A stretch of DNA of 31,619 nucleotides, from the NCBI GenBank assembly GCA_021163805.1, contig JAGGTL010000056.1:1-31619 (forward strand). The letters run 5' to 3'. The notes under the pieces are model-generated. The model was not told where the DNA came from. It made no database searches and saw only the letters and a list, made by a program, of their open reading frames with translations. The DNA comes from Candidatus Aenigmatarchaeota archaeon. GTDB taxonomy: Archaea; Aenigmatarchaeota; Aenigmatarchaeia; QMZS01. Below are positions 16,372-25,304 of this stretch, one piece after another. The position numbers were made by a program, and so were the translations under genes. How positions within the stretch are numbered: position 1 is the first letter of the stretch; every line of letters begins with the position of its first letter.

Positions 16372-17039
16372 AAAAAATTAAACACAGAATTGATTGGAGT
16401 TTTTATATAATCACATTTTTCATTACTTCAACAATTTTCTTTTTGGGTATTTACATAGGCATACAATTAAATGAAGCAAAGGTGACAAGCATAACTTTAG
16501 ATATTGAATCTCTAGATAGAATAAGAGAGCTTCAGGGGACCAATATGCTTTTACTGGAAATTCTTGGAGAAAAAAAATGCATCGCTCTTGAAACATATAT
16601 AACCACTATTATACCAGAAATAGAAAAACTCGGAAGCAGGGTTGTTTATTATGAAAATTCGGCGGACAGCAGAAGATATAATATAAAAGAATATTACCAG
16701 CTTAAAAGAGATTATATTCTATTTTTAATCAGATATTGGACCTTAACAAAAAAATTGGAAAGGGAATGCAAACAAAATATACCGGACCTGATCTATTTTT
16801 ATTCTAACAAAAAATGTAAAGATTGCAAAAAGCAAGGAATAATTTTGGATGAAATTAAAAAAGAAAATCCGGATATTTTAATCTTTCCCATAGATGTGGA
16901 TCTCAATCTCTCCACGGTAGATATTCTGACAACTACATTCAATATCACGGAAGTGCCTTCCTTGTTAATCGATGGAAGACCGTATTTGGGATTCAGAAAT
17001 AAGGATGAAATAGAAAAATTGCTAAGAATGAAACGATAA
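16365..17039 (+). CDS. Membrane-anchored protein with C-terminal thioredoxin-like CxxC domain
   Basis: N-terminal TM, then YFYSNKKCKDCKKQG...ITEVPSLLIDG. The start overlaps the GT2 stop. Start is set at M33 of the listed ORF. Confidence 0.78.
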   Translation: MVKKIKHRIDWSFYIITFFITSTIFFLGIYIGIQLNEAKVTSITLDIESLDRIRELQGTNMLLLEILGEKKCIALETYITTIIPEIEKLGSRVVYYENSADSRRYNIKEYYQLKRDYILFLIRYWTLTKKLERECKQNIPDLIYFYSNKKCKDCKKQGIILDEIKKENPDILIFPIDVDLNLSTVDILTTTFNITEVPSLLIDGRPYLGFRNKDEIEKLLRMKR

Positions 17040-17101
17040 ATGCGATAAATTAATAATCTTTCTTTTGGATATACATTTTGTGCATGCAATAATATATAAA
17101 A

Positions 17102-17890
17102 TTATTGATAATAGAATAATCTCAACTTTACATTTTCCAGTTTCATCTCCCCTGTTGAAGAAAAACTAATCAAATTTTTTCCTTCCTTTATGTTTTCCAA
17201 TGGAACTACTTTTACCCTGGTTTCCGGCATTCCGCTATATTCGGTCTGGTTGTTCAAGGTTATATTAAATTCTTCGTCTGCTGAAATAAAATCAAACAGC
17301 AATTCGCACTTATCCAAATTTTTATAAATATATTCCGGGATAAAGAAAGAATATCTGGGAATTTCTTTAAAGGAATAGTCCGTTTCAATTGAAAGATTTG
17401 ATATATTATAAACTGATGGCGCCCAGATTTTCCATCCGCTTGAACTTGTCCCAAATTCTATGACATTTTCTCTTCTTGGACTTATGTTTAATCTATAATC
17501 TCCCAATAAAGCCCTGTTTTTGAATATTGTTTCATTGTTTAAAATTATATATAATTCACCATAATTATTTGTAGCCTTTACACTGAAGCTCAGAGTTGCA
17601 TTTTTCAGATTTTTCAGAATAGGGTCTTCTATTTCAAACTTCCTTTTGTAAGAAACTTTTCCAAAAAAAATGCCGTTCTTAATCCAGAAATTATTCTCCA
17701 AAACTTCTTTTTTTTCCAGTTTTTGCTCTTTAAGAGCAATATTTCCAAATTCTATTATTTTCCAATTGAGTTTTTCAACAGACATATTTTGATTGTGCGT
17801 ATGAGAGATATTCCACGATACTCCGAAAAATACAAATAGCATTAACAGAATAAATAATCCCGCAAAAAGAAAGGCATATAATTCATCCAT
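17102..17890 (-). CDS. Hypothetical membrane-anchored extracellular protein
   Basis: N-terminal TM (LYAFLFAGLFILLMLFVFFGV), several N-x-S/T sequons, beta-rich composition. Confidence 0.75.
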   Translation of the reverse strand: MDELYAFLFAGLFILLMLFVFFGVSWNISHTHNQNMSVEKLNWKIIEFGNIALKEQKLEKKEVLENNFWIKNGIFFGKVSYKRKFEIEDPILKNLKNATLSFSVKATNNYGELYIILNNETIFKNRALLGDYRLNISPRRENVIEFGTSSSGWKIWAPSVYNISNLSIETDYSFKEIPRYSFFIPEYIYKNLDKCELLFDFISADEEFNITLNNQTEYSGMPETRVKVVPLENIKEGKNLISFSSTGEMKLENVKLRLFYYQ

Positions 17891-17899
17891 ATAAATATT

Positions 17900-18445
17900 A
17901 TGAAAGTAGAAATATATTATCTTTTAATTCTAAGTTTGTCAATTTTATTTATCTATTTCGTCAGAGGTCCGGTAATTATTTTCGCTTCTCTGATGGTAAT
18001 ATTCGAAAAATGCTTCTTTAGCAGAATAAATGTCATTCCCGGAATAGAATTTACAAGTCTGGCAACATTGCTGGTTGTTTTAAAGTATGGAGTGACTACC
18101 GGAATTCTTTTCGTTATTTTTTTACCTTTAATTATTCCCACAATAATTAATAATTTTATAGGAGAAAAATTTGTTTTAAACAAAGATTTTGTGATGATGA
18201 CAATCGGTTTTGGAAATCTCGTTGATATTCTTTGCGTATTTATCATATATTTTCTAAGAAACTTTGATATATTCTGGATAATGCTGATTATTCTCATATC
18301 CAAACACACACTTAACAATTTGGCGGGTAAATTAAAGGAAACAAACTTTGTTATGGATTATATTGAAATTGCGGTCGGATTTTTGTTTAATCTGTTTATT
18401 GTTTACTTTTTTCATTCTTTTTGGTTATCCTTGCTGGCAGTATGA
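17900..18445 (+). CDS. Polytopic membrane protein, paralogue 1 (possibly ECF S-component-like)
   Basis: About 6 hydrophobic segments with GIEFTSLATLLVVLKYG. Collinear with the next gene. Confidence 0.7.
   Translation: MKVEIYYLLILSLSILFIYFVRGPVIIFASLMVIFEKCFFSRINVIPGIEFTSLATLLVVLKYGVTTGILFVIFLPLIIPTIINNFIGEKFVLNKDFVMMTIGFGNLVDILCVFIIYFLRNFDIFWIMLIILISKHTLNNLAGKLKETNFVMDYIEIAVGFLFNLFIVYFFHSFWLSLLAV
17951..18030 (+). repeat. 80-bp near-identical block (76/80, 40-bp exact core 17964-18003) shared with 18490..18569
   Basis: Direct base-by-base comparison of the two paralogue 5' regions. Confidence 0.85.
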
Positions 18446-18984
18446 ACAAATCTCTCATTTATTTTTTAATTCCCGTATCTTTTCTATTCATCTATTTCGC
18501 CGGAGGTCCGGTAATTATTTTCGCTTCTCTGATGGTAATATTTGACAAATGCTTCTTTAGCAGAATAAAAATTTTTCATGGGATTGAATTTTCGACAATA
18601 GCTGTATTTCTGGTGGCATTAAAGTACAATTTAGTAATTTCAATATCCTTTTGCATATTTATTTTATTTGTTCTGACAACGGCGATTAATATTTTTTTGG
18701 GAGATAAATTGGTCATAAACAAAGAATTTAAATTAATTAGAAGTGTTTTTGGACTTTCGCTCACTATTCTGGAAGTAATCATCATAAACTATTTTAAACA
18801 TATTGATATTTTTCTTTTGATGTTAATCATCCTTATTTTTGGACATTCTTTGTATATCCTAAAGGGAAAATTAACACAAACGAATTATGTTCTGGATTAT
18901 GTGGGGGTTATAACAAATATTTTATTTAATTTATTTCTCGTTTACTTTTTCAGATCTTTCTGGTTGTTGTTGCTGACCGGCTAA
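18442..18984 (+). CDS. Polytopic membrane protein, paralogue 2 (possibly ECF S-component-like)
   Basis: ATGA overlap with paralogue 1. GIEFSTIAVFLVALKYN. Same length and collinear motifs (GPVIIFASLMVIF, GKL, NxVxDY, LFNLF, SFWL). Confidence 0.7.
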   Translation: MNKSLIYFLIPVSFLFIYFAGGPVIIFASLMVIFDKCFFSRIKIFHGIEFSTIAVFLVALKYNLVISISFCIFILFVLTTAINIFLGDKLVINKEFKLIRSVFGLSLTILEVIIINYFKHIDIFLLMLIILIFGHSLYILKGKLTQTNYVLDYVGVITNILFNLFLVYFFRSFWLLLLTG

Positions 18985-19446
18985 ATTCTCTTCGAAAGAA
19001 AACAAAAGTTCCAACCCCTCATACAATTTTTTACTTAATTCCTCATATTTTAATTTATATTCCGACATCAAATCCTTATAAAAAGATTTTTTTGAGAATT
19101 CCTGTATAATATTATAAAGCAAATCTTCTATAAGAACGGGTCCAGATAAATATGTGGGCACTACTCTTGAAATAAATGTTTTTAAGGAAATCAAAGTCGT
19201 TTCTCTTTCTGTTATTTCAATTATAACTCTAAAGATAAAATTGCTCGTAATCTCTTTTGTTCCTTCAAATTTTAGTTCTAATCCATTTTCATTTTTTTTA
19301 TAATATATGACTTCTACATCTTCAAATTTTATTCCCAATATATCTGCAATCATTTCTTTCATCTTTGTCTGCAATTTCAAATCGATTTTTTTATTTACTC
19401 CAAAAATCCTATTAAAACACTCTCTCTCAAATAAGTAGCGATACAT
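18931..19446 (-). CDS. Hypothetical protein
   Basis: 171-aa ORF with typical composition. Its 3' end overlaps the convergent membrane gene by 54 bp. No family recognised. Confidence 0.65.
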   Translation of the reverse strand: MYRYLFERECFNRIFGVNKKIDLKLQTKMKEMIADILGIKFEDVEVIYYKKNENGLELKFEGTKEITSNFIFRVIIEITERETTLISLKTFISRVVPTYLSGPVLIEDLLYNIIQEFSKKSFYKDLMSEYKLKYEELSKKLYEGLELLFSFEENLAGQQQQPERSEKVNEK

Positions 19447-19469
19447 AATTAAAATTATTATGAATAATT

Positions 19470-20471
19470 ATGTTCCAAATAAAAAAAATTCGTCCTGTTG
19501 ATATAAACGAAGATATTGGCAGAATTGTTTTTAAAATGTATGAATCAAAAATAGAAGGAATGCCGGTTTTCTCTGATCATTATGAGGGCATGATTTATCT
19601 TAAAGATATAGTTGTGAGAAATTTGGATATCTCCACAAAAGTCAGAGTTTTTGTAAAAAAAGTGCCGAAATTGACTGACGGAGAGAATCAAATATATAAT
19701 CTGGCAAATAAAGGCTTCAAAGATTACGATGTCCTGCCTTTTTTTGTTAATAATGAATATATTGGAGTTGTCAGTTTATTGGATTATCTTTCTTCTTTGG
19801 ATTTAAAGATGGATTTGGATAAAGTCGCAATTGATGCAAGGATTATTGACCAGAACGAGACGATTGGGGTTGCAAGGAACATTCTGAATAAGGAAGAAGT
19901 TTTTCTGGTTTCGGATAAGAATGAAATTGTTGGCGCAGTTAACTGTTTTTCCTTGGCGAGGATTATTTCAACAAAAAGAGATCGAATTTTCACTCCAGAT
20001 AAGATAGAAGAAGACGAAATAAAAATAAAAGATTTCGCAGAGGATTTTGTAAAAATAGAAGAAAAAATCGGTAAAGACAAACTTATAGAATTGCTCAGAG
20101 AAAACAAATATATCGTTTATAAAAACAAAATAATAACTCCAAAAACAATTTTCAGAAATTTAATTAAATTTGAGGAATATATGAAACCAGAATTTTCCGG
20201 GTTTGAATTGACAGAAGGAGTCTATACAGACGTGATTTATAAAGAATTAAATAATTTTGCCAAAAAAGTTCAAAAAATTATAAAACCGGAAAAAATTAAA
20301 TTTCATCTTAAAAAATTGAAGAAGACCGGAAAAACACTCTACGAACTAAATGGAAGGATTATTGCTGGAGGAAGAATAATTAACGCAAATGTTACTGGTT
20401 ACGGTCTCATGGATTTAGTTCAAGAATTAATTGATAAATTGGAAGTGCAGATCATCAAAGCAAAACATTAA
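19470..20471 (+). CDS. Tandem CBS-domain protein with C-terminal HPF/RaiA-like domain (Hib-like ribosome hibernation factor candidate)
   Basis: Four degenerate CBS units (YEGMIYLKDIV; YIGVVSLLDYL; IVGAVNCFSLA). From about residue 241 the sequence fits a beta-alpha-beta-beta-beta-alpha pattern ending YGLMDLVQELIDKLEVQIIKAKH. Confidence 0.65.
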   Translation: MFQIKKIRPVDINEDIGRIVFKMYESKIEGMPVFSDHYEGMIYLKDIVVRNLDISTKVRVFVKKVPKLTDGENQIYNLANKGFKDYDVLPFFVNNEYIGVVSLLDYLSSLDLKMDLDKVAIDARIIDQNETIGVARNILNKEEVFLVSDKNEIVGAVNCFSLARIISTKRDRIFTPDKIEEDEIKIKDFAEDFVKIEEKIGKDKLIELLRENKYIVYKNKIITPKTIFRNLIKFEEYMKPEFSGFELTEGVYTDVIYKELNNFAKKVQKIIKPEKIKFHLKKLKKTGKTLYELNGRIIAGGRIINANVTGYGLMDLVQELIDKLEVQIIKAKH

Positions 20472-20556
20472 ATAAATTCGTATGATGCAAATTTTAGACA
20501 CGGCCTTTCAAATATTTTCCAATTGAAATTAGTATTCTATAAAATATATATAAAAT

Positions 20557-21558
20557 ATGGAACTGCAAAAATTTAAACTTAAAGAGGCTCTTTTTTATGA
20601 AAAATTGCCAAATAAAAAAGTTAGATGCCTTCTCTGTCCAAGAAAATGTTTCATATCCAACAATTCTACTGGTTTTTGCAGAGTAAGAAAAAATATAGAA
20701 GGAAAACTTTATTCTCTTGTTCACTCCAGACCATGCACTGTTTCAATAGACCCAATTGAAAAGAAACCGCTCTTTCATTTCTTACCGGGAACAAAAGCGC
20801 TGTCAATAGCGACATGTGGATGCAATTTAACCTGCAGTTTTTGCCAGAATTATGAAATTTCACAAGGTGAAATATTTGGAGAATTTATACCTCCAGAAAA
20901 AGTTGTTGATTTGGCAAAAAAGTATGATGTAAAAATAATTGCTTATACTTACACAGAACCGACTGTTTTTTATGAATATTGTCTGGATATAATGAAATTG
21001 GCAAAGAAGGAGAATTTAAAAAATGTATTTATTTCAAACGGATATATAAATAGAGACCCCATAAGGAAAATTGCTCCCTATCTGGATGCGGTAAATATCG
21101 ATGTAAAAGGAGAAGAAAAAGTTTATTCCGCCCTTTCTCATGCTTCTCTGAAACCCGTCTTAGAATCCATACTGGAATTCAAAAAAACAAAAGTCTGGAT
21201 AGAGATTACAAGTTTGATTATTCCTGGTTACAATGATTCAAAGAAGTGGAGCAATGATTTGTCAACTTGGATAAAAAATAATTTGGGTCCAGAAACTCCT
21301 CTTCATCTTTCAAGATTTTACCCCGCATATAAATTAACAAATATAGAATCGACTAAAATCTCCATCTTAAAAAAATTATATATGGAATCAAAGAAAAAAT
21401 TAAAACATGTTTATCTTGGAAATGTTTTTGAGTGGAAATATGAGAGCACTTATTGCCCAAAATGTGAAAAGTTGGTTATTAGAAGGCAAGGGTACGAAGT
21501 GGATTTCAATGGCTCAAAATGCAAAAAATGCGGTACCAATATTGCCGGTGTTTTTTAA
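20557..21558 (+). CDS. amrS: AmmeMemoRadiSam system radical SAM enzyme (PflA-like)
   Basis: VRCLLCPRKC, GFCRVRKN, DPIEKKPLFHFLPG, CxxxCxxC in GCNLTCSFCQN, YTYTEP, and C-terminal TYCPKC...CKKCG. Confidence 0.92.
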   Translation: MELQKFKLKEALFYEKLPNKKVRCLLCPRKCFISNNSTGFCRVRKNIEGKLYSLVHSRPCTVSIDPIEKKPLFHFLPGTKALSIATCGCNLTCSFCQNYEISQGEIFGEFIPPEKVVDLAKKYDVKIIAYTYTEPTVFYEYCLDIMKLAKKENLKNVFISNGYINRDPIRKIAPYLDAVNIDVKGEEKVYSALSHASLKPVLESILEFKKTKVWIEITSLIIPGYNDSKKWSNDLSTWIKNNLGPETPLHLSRFYPAYKLTNIESTKISILKKLYMESKKKLKHVYLGNVFEWKYESTYCPKCEKLVIRRQGYEVDFNGSKCKKCGTNIAGVF

Positions 21559-21734
21559 TTATCTTCAAAAAAATCGATTAATTCTTCTGGAGCAATTTTT
21601 TTCTCGAAAGGACCTATTACTATTCCGAAATTGGAAAAAATCGTTTCACAATTTCTGCATTTATAATACTTGCCTATCTTGACTCCTTTCACTCCGCAAA
21701 CCGGACAATATTTGTTTTTAAAATACAGAAACAT
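21555..21734 (-). CDS. Small zinc-ribbon protein
   Basis: MFLYFKNKYCPVCGVKG...YKCRNCETIF (CxxC...CxxC) with an acidic tail. Start is set at M36 of the listed ORF. Confidence 0.65.
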   Translation of the reverse strand: MFLYFKNKYCPVCGVKGVKIGKYYKCRNCETIFSNFGIVIGPFEKKIAPEELIDFFEDN

Positions 21735-21891
21735 ATATTTAAATCTACAAAAAATATTTATAGATTGAAATTGCATTGGTTGATTGTCGAAGAAGTATTC
21801 TGCAAATATTGATTTTAAAAAATCTGCATATTTATTCAAAAACAGGGTATAAACTTACTGAAAGGCATAAACTTATTGAAACAATAAATTT

Positions 21892-23385
21892 ATGGAAAAT
21901 CGATATTCAAGAAAGATTGTCTCTGGAGCCTTTTTTGTTTTTCTATTTGGTGTTCTGGGAGCATTCGTTGGCTACTTGTTAAGATTTATTTTAACTTCAA
22001 ATCTCTCTCCAGAAGACTATGGTCTTTATTATTCCTGTTTATCCTTAATTGGTCTGTTTGTTTTGTTTAAGGATTTTGGCCTTAACAGCAGTTTGATCTA
22101 TCACATTTCAAAATTCAGAGTGGAGAAAAAATTTAAAAAACTAAAAACCAGTATATTTACCGTTTTTCTTGTACAATTATTTCCCGCTCTAATAGTTTCA
22201 ATAATTATTTTCTTTTCTGCCAGATTCTTTGCAATAAATTATCTTCATTTGTCTGAAAATATATCGAAAGGCATTCTTGTTATAAAACTTTTAGCAATCG
22301 CTTATTTTGTTCAGATATTTCATACATTGATTATATCTATATTTCAGGGTTTTCAGCGTATTAAACTTTATGCTTTTGTAAATTTCTGCTGGATGTTATT
22401 TTATTTCACAATAACCTGGATATTTATTTCATTGAACTTTTCTGTTATCTCTCCAGTTCTTGGTTTCTTAATTGCTTATCTTTTCATAATATTGATATTT
22501 TCGCCTTTTGCTTTGAAATTAATTCCAAAAGCGAAGATATGTTTTAGCAGAAAACTAACAAAAAAGATAATTTTTTATGCTTTTCCAATAATGTTTTCTT
22601 CCGTGGGGGGACTTATAATTGGCTATACCGATACCATATTGATAACTCTTTTCAGAGGTCTGCCAGAAGTTGGAATTTACCAGACTGCCCAGCCTACAGC
22701 GAGATTATTATGGTTTTTCGCTGGAGCTTTTACAACGGTTTTATTTCCTTTAATTACAGAATTAAAAACAAAGAACATAAATTTCCTTGCAAATGGAATA
22801 TCCCTGCTTTATAAATATATCTGGATAATTATAATTCCTTTCGCTCTGATGGCTTTCTCCTTTTCAAGAGATATTCTAAATTTATTCTTCGGACCTTTTT
22901 ATTCTTCTGGTTCAGATGTTCTAAAAATTCTCGCAATAGGGGCGATATTTTTCTCAGTAGTTCAGATAAATGGAGTTGTTTTAAACGGAATGGGAAAACC
23001 AAAAAACTACACAAAAATCATCTATCTTGGGGCGATAATAAATGTTATGGGAAATATAATATTAATTCCAATAATCGGAATTACGGGGGCTGCGGTATCA
23101 ACCATGTTAACCTATATAATAATGTTTTTCTTTTCGTTTGTTGAATTAAGAAAATTTATTAAAGTAAAAATTCCCGTTTTGAAGTGGAGTGAAACTCTGA
23201 TTGCTGGATTTGTCTCGCTTCTTTCCATTTATTTTATAAAGAATATGCTGCATATAAATCTATTTCTCAAAGTTTTTATTTGCTTTTCGGTTTCCGTTTC
23301 AATATTTGTTTGTCTGTTATTGATTTTGAAAATAATAAACTTAAAGGAAATTTTTGAACTAATCAAAAAAATTGTTAAAAAATAG
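21892..23385 (+). CDS. Oligosaccharide flippase (Wzx/RfbX, MOP superfamily)
   Basis: 12-14 TM segments with LSPEDYGLY, FKDFGLNSSL, GYTDTILITLFRGLPEVGIYQTA, and LIPIIGITGAAVSTM. Confidence 0.92.
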   Translation: MENRYSRKIVSGAFFVFLFGVLGAFVGYLLRFILTSNLSPEDYGLYYSCLSLIGLFVLFKDFGLNSSLIYHISKFRVEKKFKKLKTSIFTVFLVQLFPALIVSIIIFFSARFFAINYLHLSENISKGILVIKLLAIAYFVQIFHTLIISIFQGFQRIKLYAFVNFCWMLFYFTITWIFISLNFSVISPVLGFLIAYLFIILIFSPFALKLIPKAKICFSRKLTKKIIFYAFPIMFSSVGGLIIGYTDTILITLFRGLPEVGIYQTAQPTARLLWFFAGAFTTVLFPLITELKTKNINFLANGISLLYKYIWIIIIPFALMAFSFSRDILNLFFGPFYSSGSDVLKILAIGAIFFSVVQINGVVLNGMGKPKNYTKIIYLGAIINVMGNIILIPIIGITGAAVSTMLTYIIMFFFSFVELRKFIKVKIPVLKWSETLIAGFVSLLSIYFIKNMLHINLFLKVFICFSVSVSIFVCLLLILKIINLKEIFELIKKIVKK

Positions 23386-23541
23386 AAAATGCTAATCAAT
23401 TCATATTTAGTTGAGAGTATGACTTAATTAAAAGAAAGAAATTGCGGATAAATTGAGAAATTGGTCCAAAAAAGCTCATATATTTTTCAACAATAACCAC
23501 AATATGCTATCAAACCCAATTGATGAAGAAATTGCTTTAAT

Positions 23542-25194
23542 TCATTTCTTATTATATAATCTCTTTATTCTCTCCAATGTATCCGCCTCTTCAATTCCTT
23601 TGTCTTCTCTTATTCTAATTAACTTCGGAAATCTCAAGGCAAAACCGCTTTTATAGTTCGGCGATTTCTGCAATTCCTGATAGCCAACCTCCACAACAAT
23701 TTTTGGCTTTATATGAACCATGTTTTCTTCTTCTATGACAATCAGAGATTTCAGTTTCTCTGTCAACTCTTTAAATAATTCGTCTGTGAGTCCTGTACCC
23801 ATTTTTCCGATTTCCAGCAATTCTCCGGTCTCTTCATCTCTAACTGATAAAATAAAAGACGCCAGCCAGTTTGCTCTTCTTCCCTGTCCCCATTCTGCAC
23901 CCGTGATTACTAAATCCAATGTTTCTTCTTCGGGTTTGACTTTATACATATAACCAACTCTCTTTCCCGGCTGATAGGGAGCCAATAAATTTTTTACCAT
24001 CACTCCTTCCTGTCCAGATTTCAGAGCATTATTGTAAAATTTTTCAGCCTCTTTAATATTTTTTGTTCTTATCTGTTCTGCCAGTTGAAATTTTCCTTTA
24101 ATTTCCTTTATAGCCCCTTCCAGTTTTTTTCTCCTGATTCCAAAATTTTCATTTAAAAGTTGTTTTCCATCTACAAGAAGGCAATCAAAAAAATTTATCT
24201 GTATTGGAATTTTTTTCGCCATTTCTTCAATATTATATTTTCTGTGTATTCTTCTCGAAAGTTCCTGAAATGGGACCGGCTTTCCATTCATTATCCCAAC
24301 AGTTTCTCCCTCCAATATAACTTTTTCAGATTTAATATTTTTTTTGCAGAGTTCAACTAAATCAGGGAATTGTTTTGTAACATTTTCTAACCTTCTTGTA
24401 AATAACCATATTTTATCTTTATCTTTCTGCACCAAAGTCCTCATTCCATCGTATTTTATTTCTATCGCCGGCTCTTTCGCATTTTCTAAAGCCTCTTTCA
24501 GACTACCGGCTTTCTCTGCGAGCATCACTTTTATTGGATATCCTATCTCGAGCTTAACATTTTTTAATCCTTTTTTTCCCTCTTCCTTTGCAATTTTTGC
24601 AACAAGTCCAAAATCGGTCTTTAGATTATAGGCGTATTCTACTTCTTCCTTGCCAACATTAAAAGCCGTAGCAATGGAATCTCTCAAAATTCCCTCCGCA
24701 ATTCCAAGTCTCAATTCTTCAAGAATTGTTCTCGTTATATATCTTGCCTCTTTTGGTTCGGCAGAATTTAGCAATTCCAGAATAATATCTAATTTTTTGT
24801 CCTGCGAACTTTTCCCAGTTAACTCCGCAAGTTCCCTGATAGAATAAAAAACCTGCTCAACACTTAATTTTCTTTTAAACAGGGCTATTTGTTTTTTCTT
24901 CTTTACAAGTTGTTCTGTAACCAATCCTAAATCTCCAGTTTCCTTGAATTTGTCAAGAATTTCCTGTTTTGAAAAACCAAGTTTTGTCAGAGATTGTATA
25001 ATTAATTTATCTGCAATTCCTATTTCCCGCTCTTCACTTTCCAGAAAGATCTTCCCTTGCAATAATGGAATCACGATCTGTAAATTTTCCGTATCGAGAT
25101 TTTTTATGAAGTTCGCAATAATTTCGGTTTTCTCCAATTTTTTTGTTGTCGCTGCCAGTTTTTCATAAATTTCTACAAGTTTTGAGTATTCCAT
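23542..25194 (-). CDS. lig: ATP-dependent DNA ligase (archaeal)
   Basis: Motif I EIKYDGMR, III LEGETV, IIIa FFDCL, IV EGVMVK, V YKVK, VI LRFPKLIRIREDK, plus the N-terminal DNA-binding domain. Confidence 0.97.
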   Translation of the reverse strand: MEYSKLVEIYEKLAATTKKLEKTEIIANFIKNLDTENLQIVIPLLQGKIFLESEEREIGIADKLIIQSLTKLGFSKQEILDKFKETGDLGLVTEQLVKKKKQIALFKRKLSVEQVFYSIRELAELTGKSSQDKKLDIILELLNSAEPKEARYITRTILEELRLGIAEGILRDSIATAFNVGKEEVEYAYNLKTDFGLVAKIAKEEGKKGLKNVKLEIGYPIKVMLAEKAGSLKEALENAKEPAIEIKYDGMRTLVQKDKDKIWLFTRRLENVTKQFPDLVELCKKNIKSEKVILEGETVGIMNGKPVPFQELSRRIHRKYNIEEMAKKIPIQINFFDCLLVDGKQLLNENFGIRRKKLEGAIKEIKGKFQLAEQIRTKNIKEAEKFYNNALKSGQEGVMVKNLLAPYQPGKRVGYMYKVKPEEETLDLVITGAEWGQGRRANWLASFILSVRDEETGELLEIGKMGTGLTDELFKELTEKLKSLIVIEEENMVHIKPKIVVEVGYQELQKSPNYKSGFALRFPKLIRIREDKGIEEADTLERIKRLYNKK

Positions 25195-25304
25195 AAATAA
25201 TCCGAATAAAAATATTGATAGGGGTTATATAGTATAATTATATGGCTATTATCGCCAATTATTTAATAGAAGAAATCCTTTTTTGATGTTGCTACAGCAA
25301 AAGT

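Noticed and set aside
23386-23541. Possible membrane-protein remnant between the flippase and ligase
   Set aside because: Only short hydrophobic fragments interrupted by stops, with no recognisable homology.
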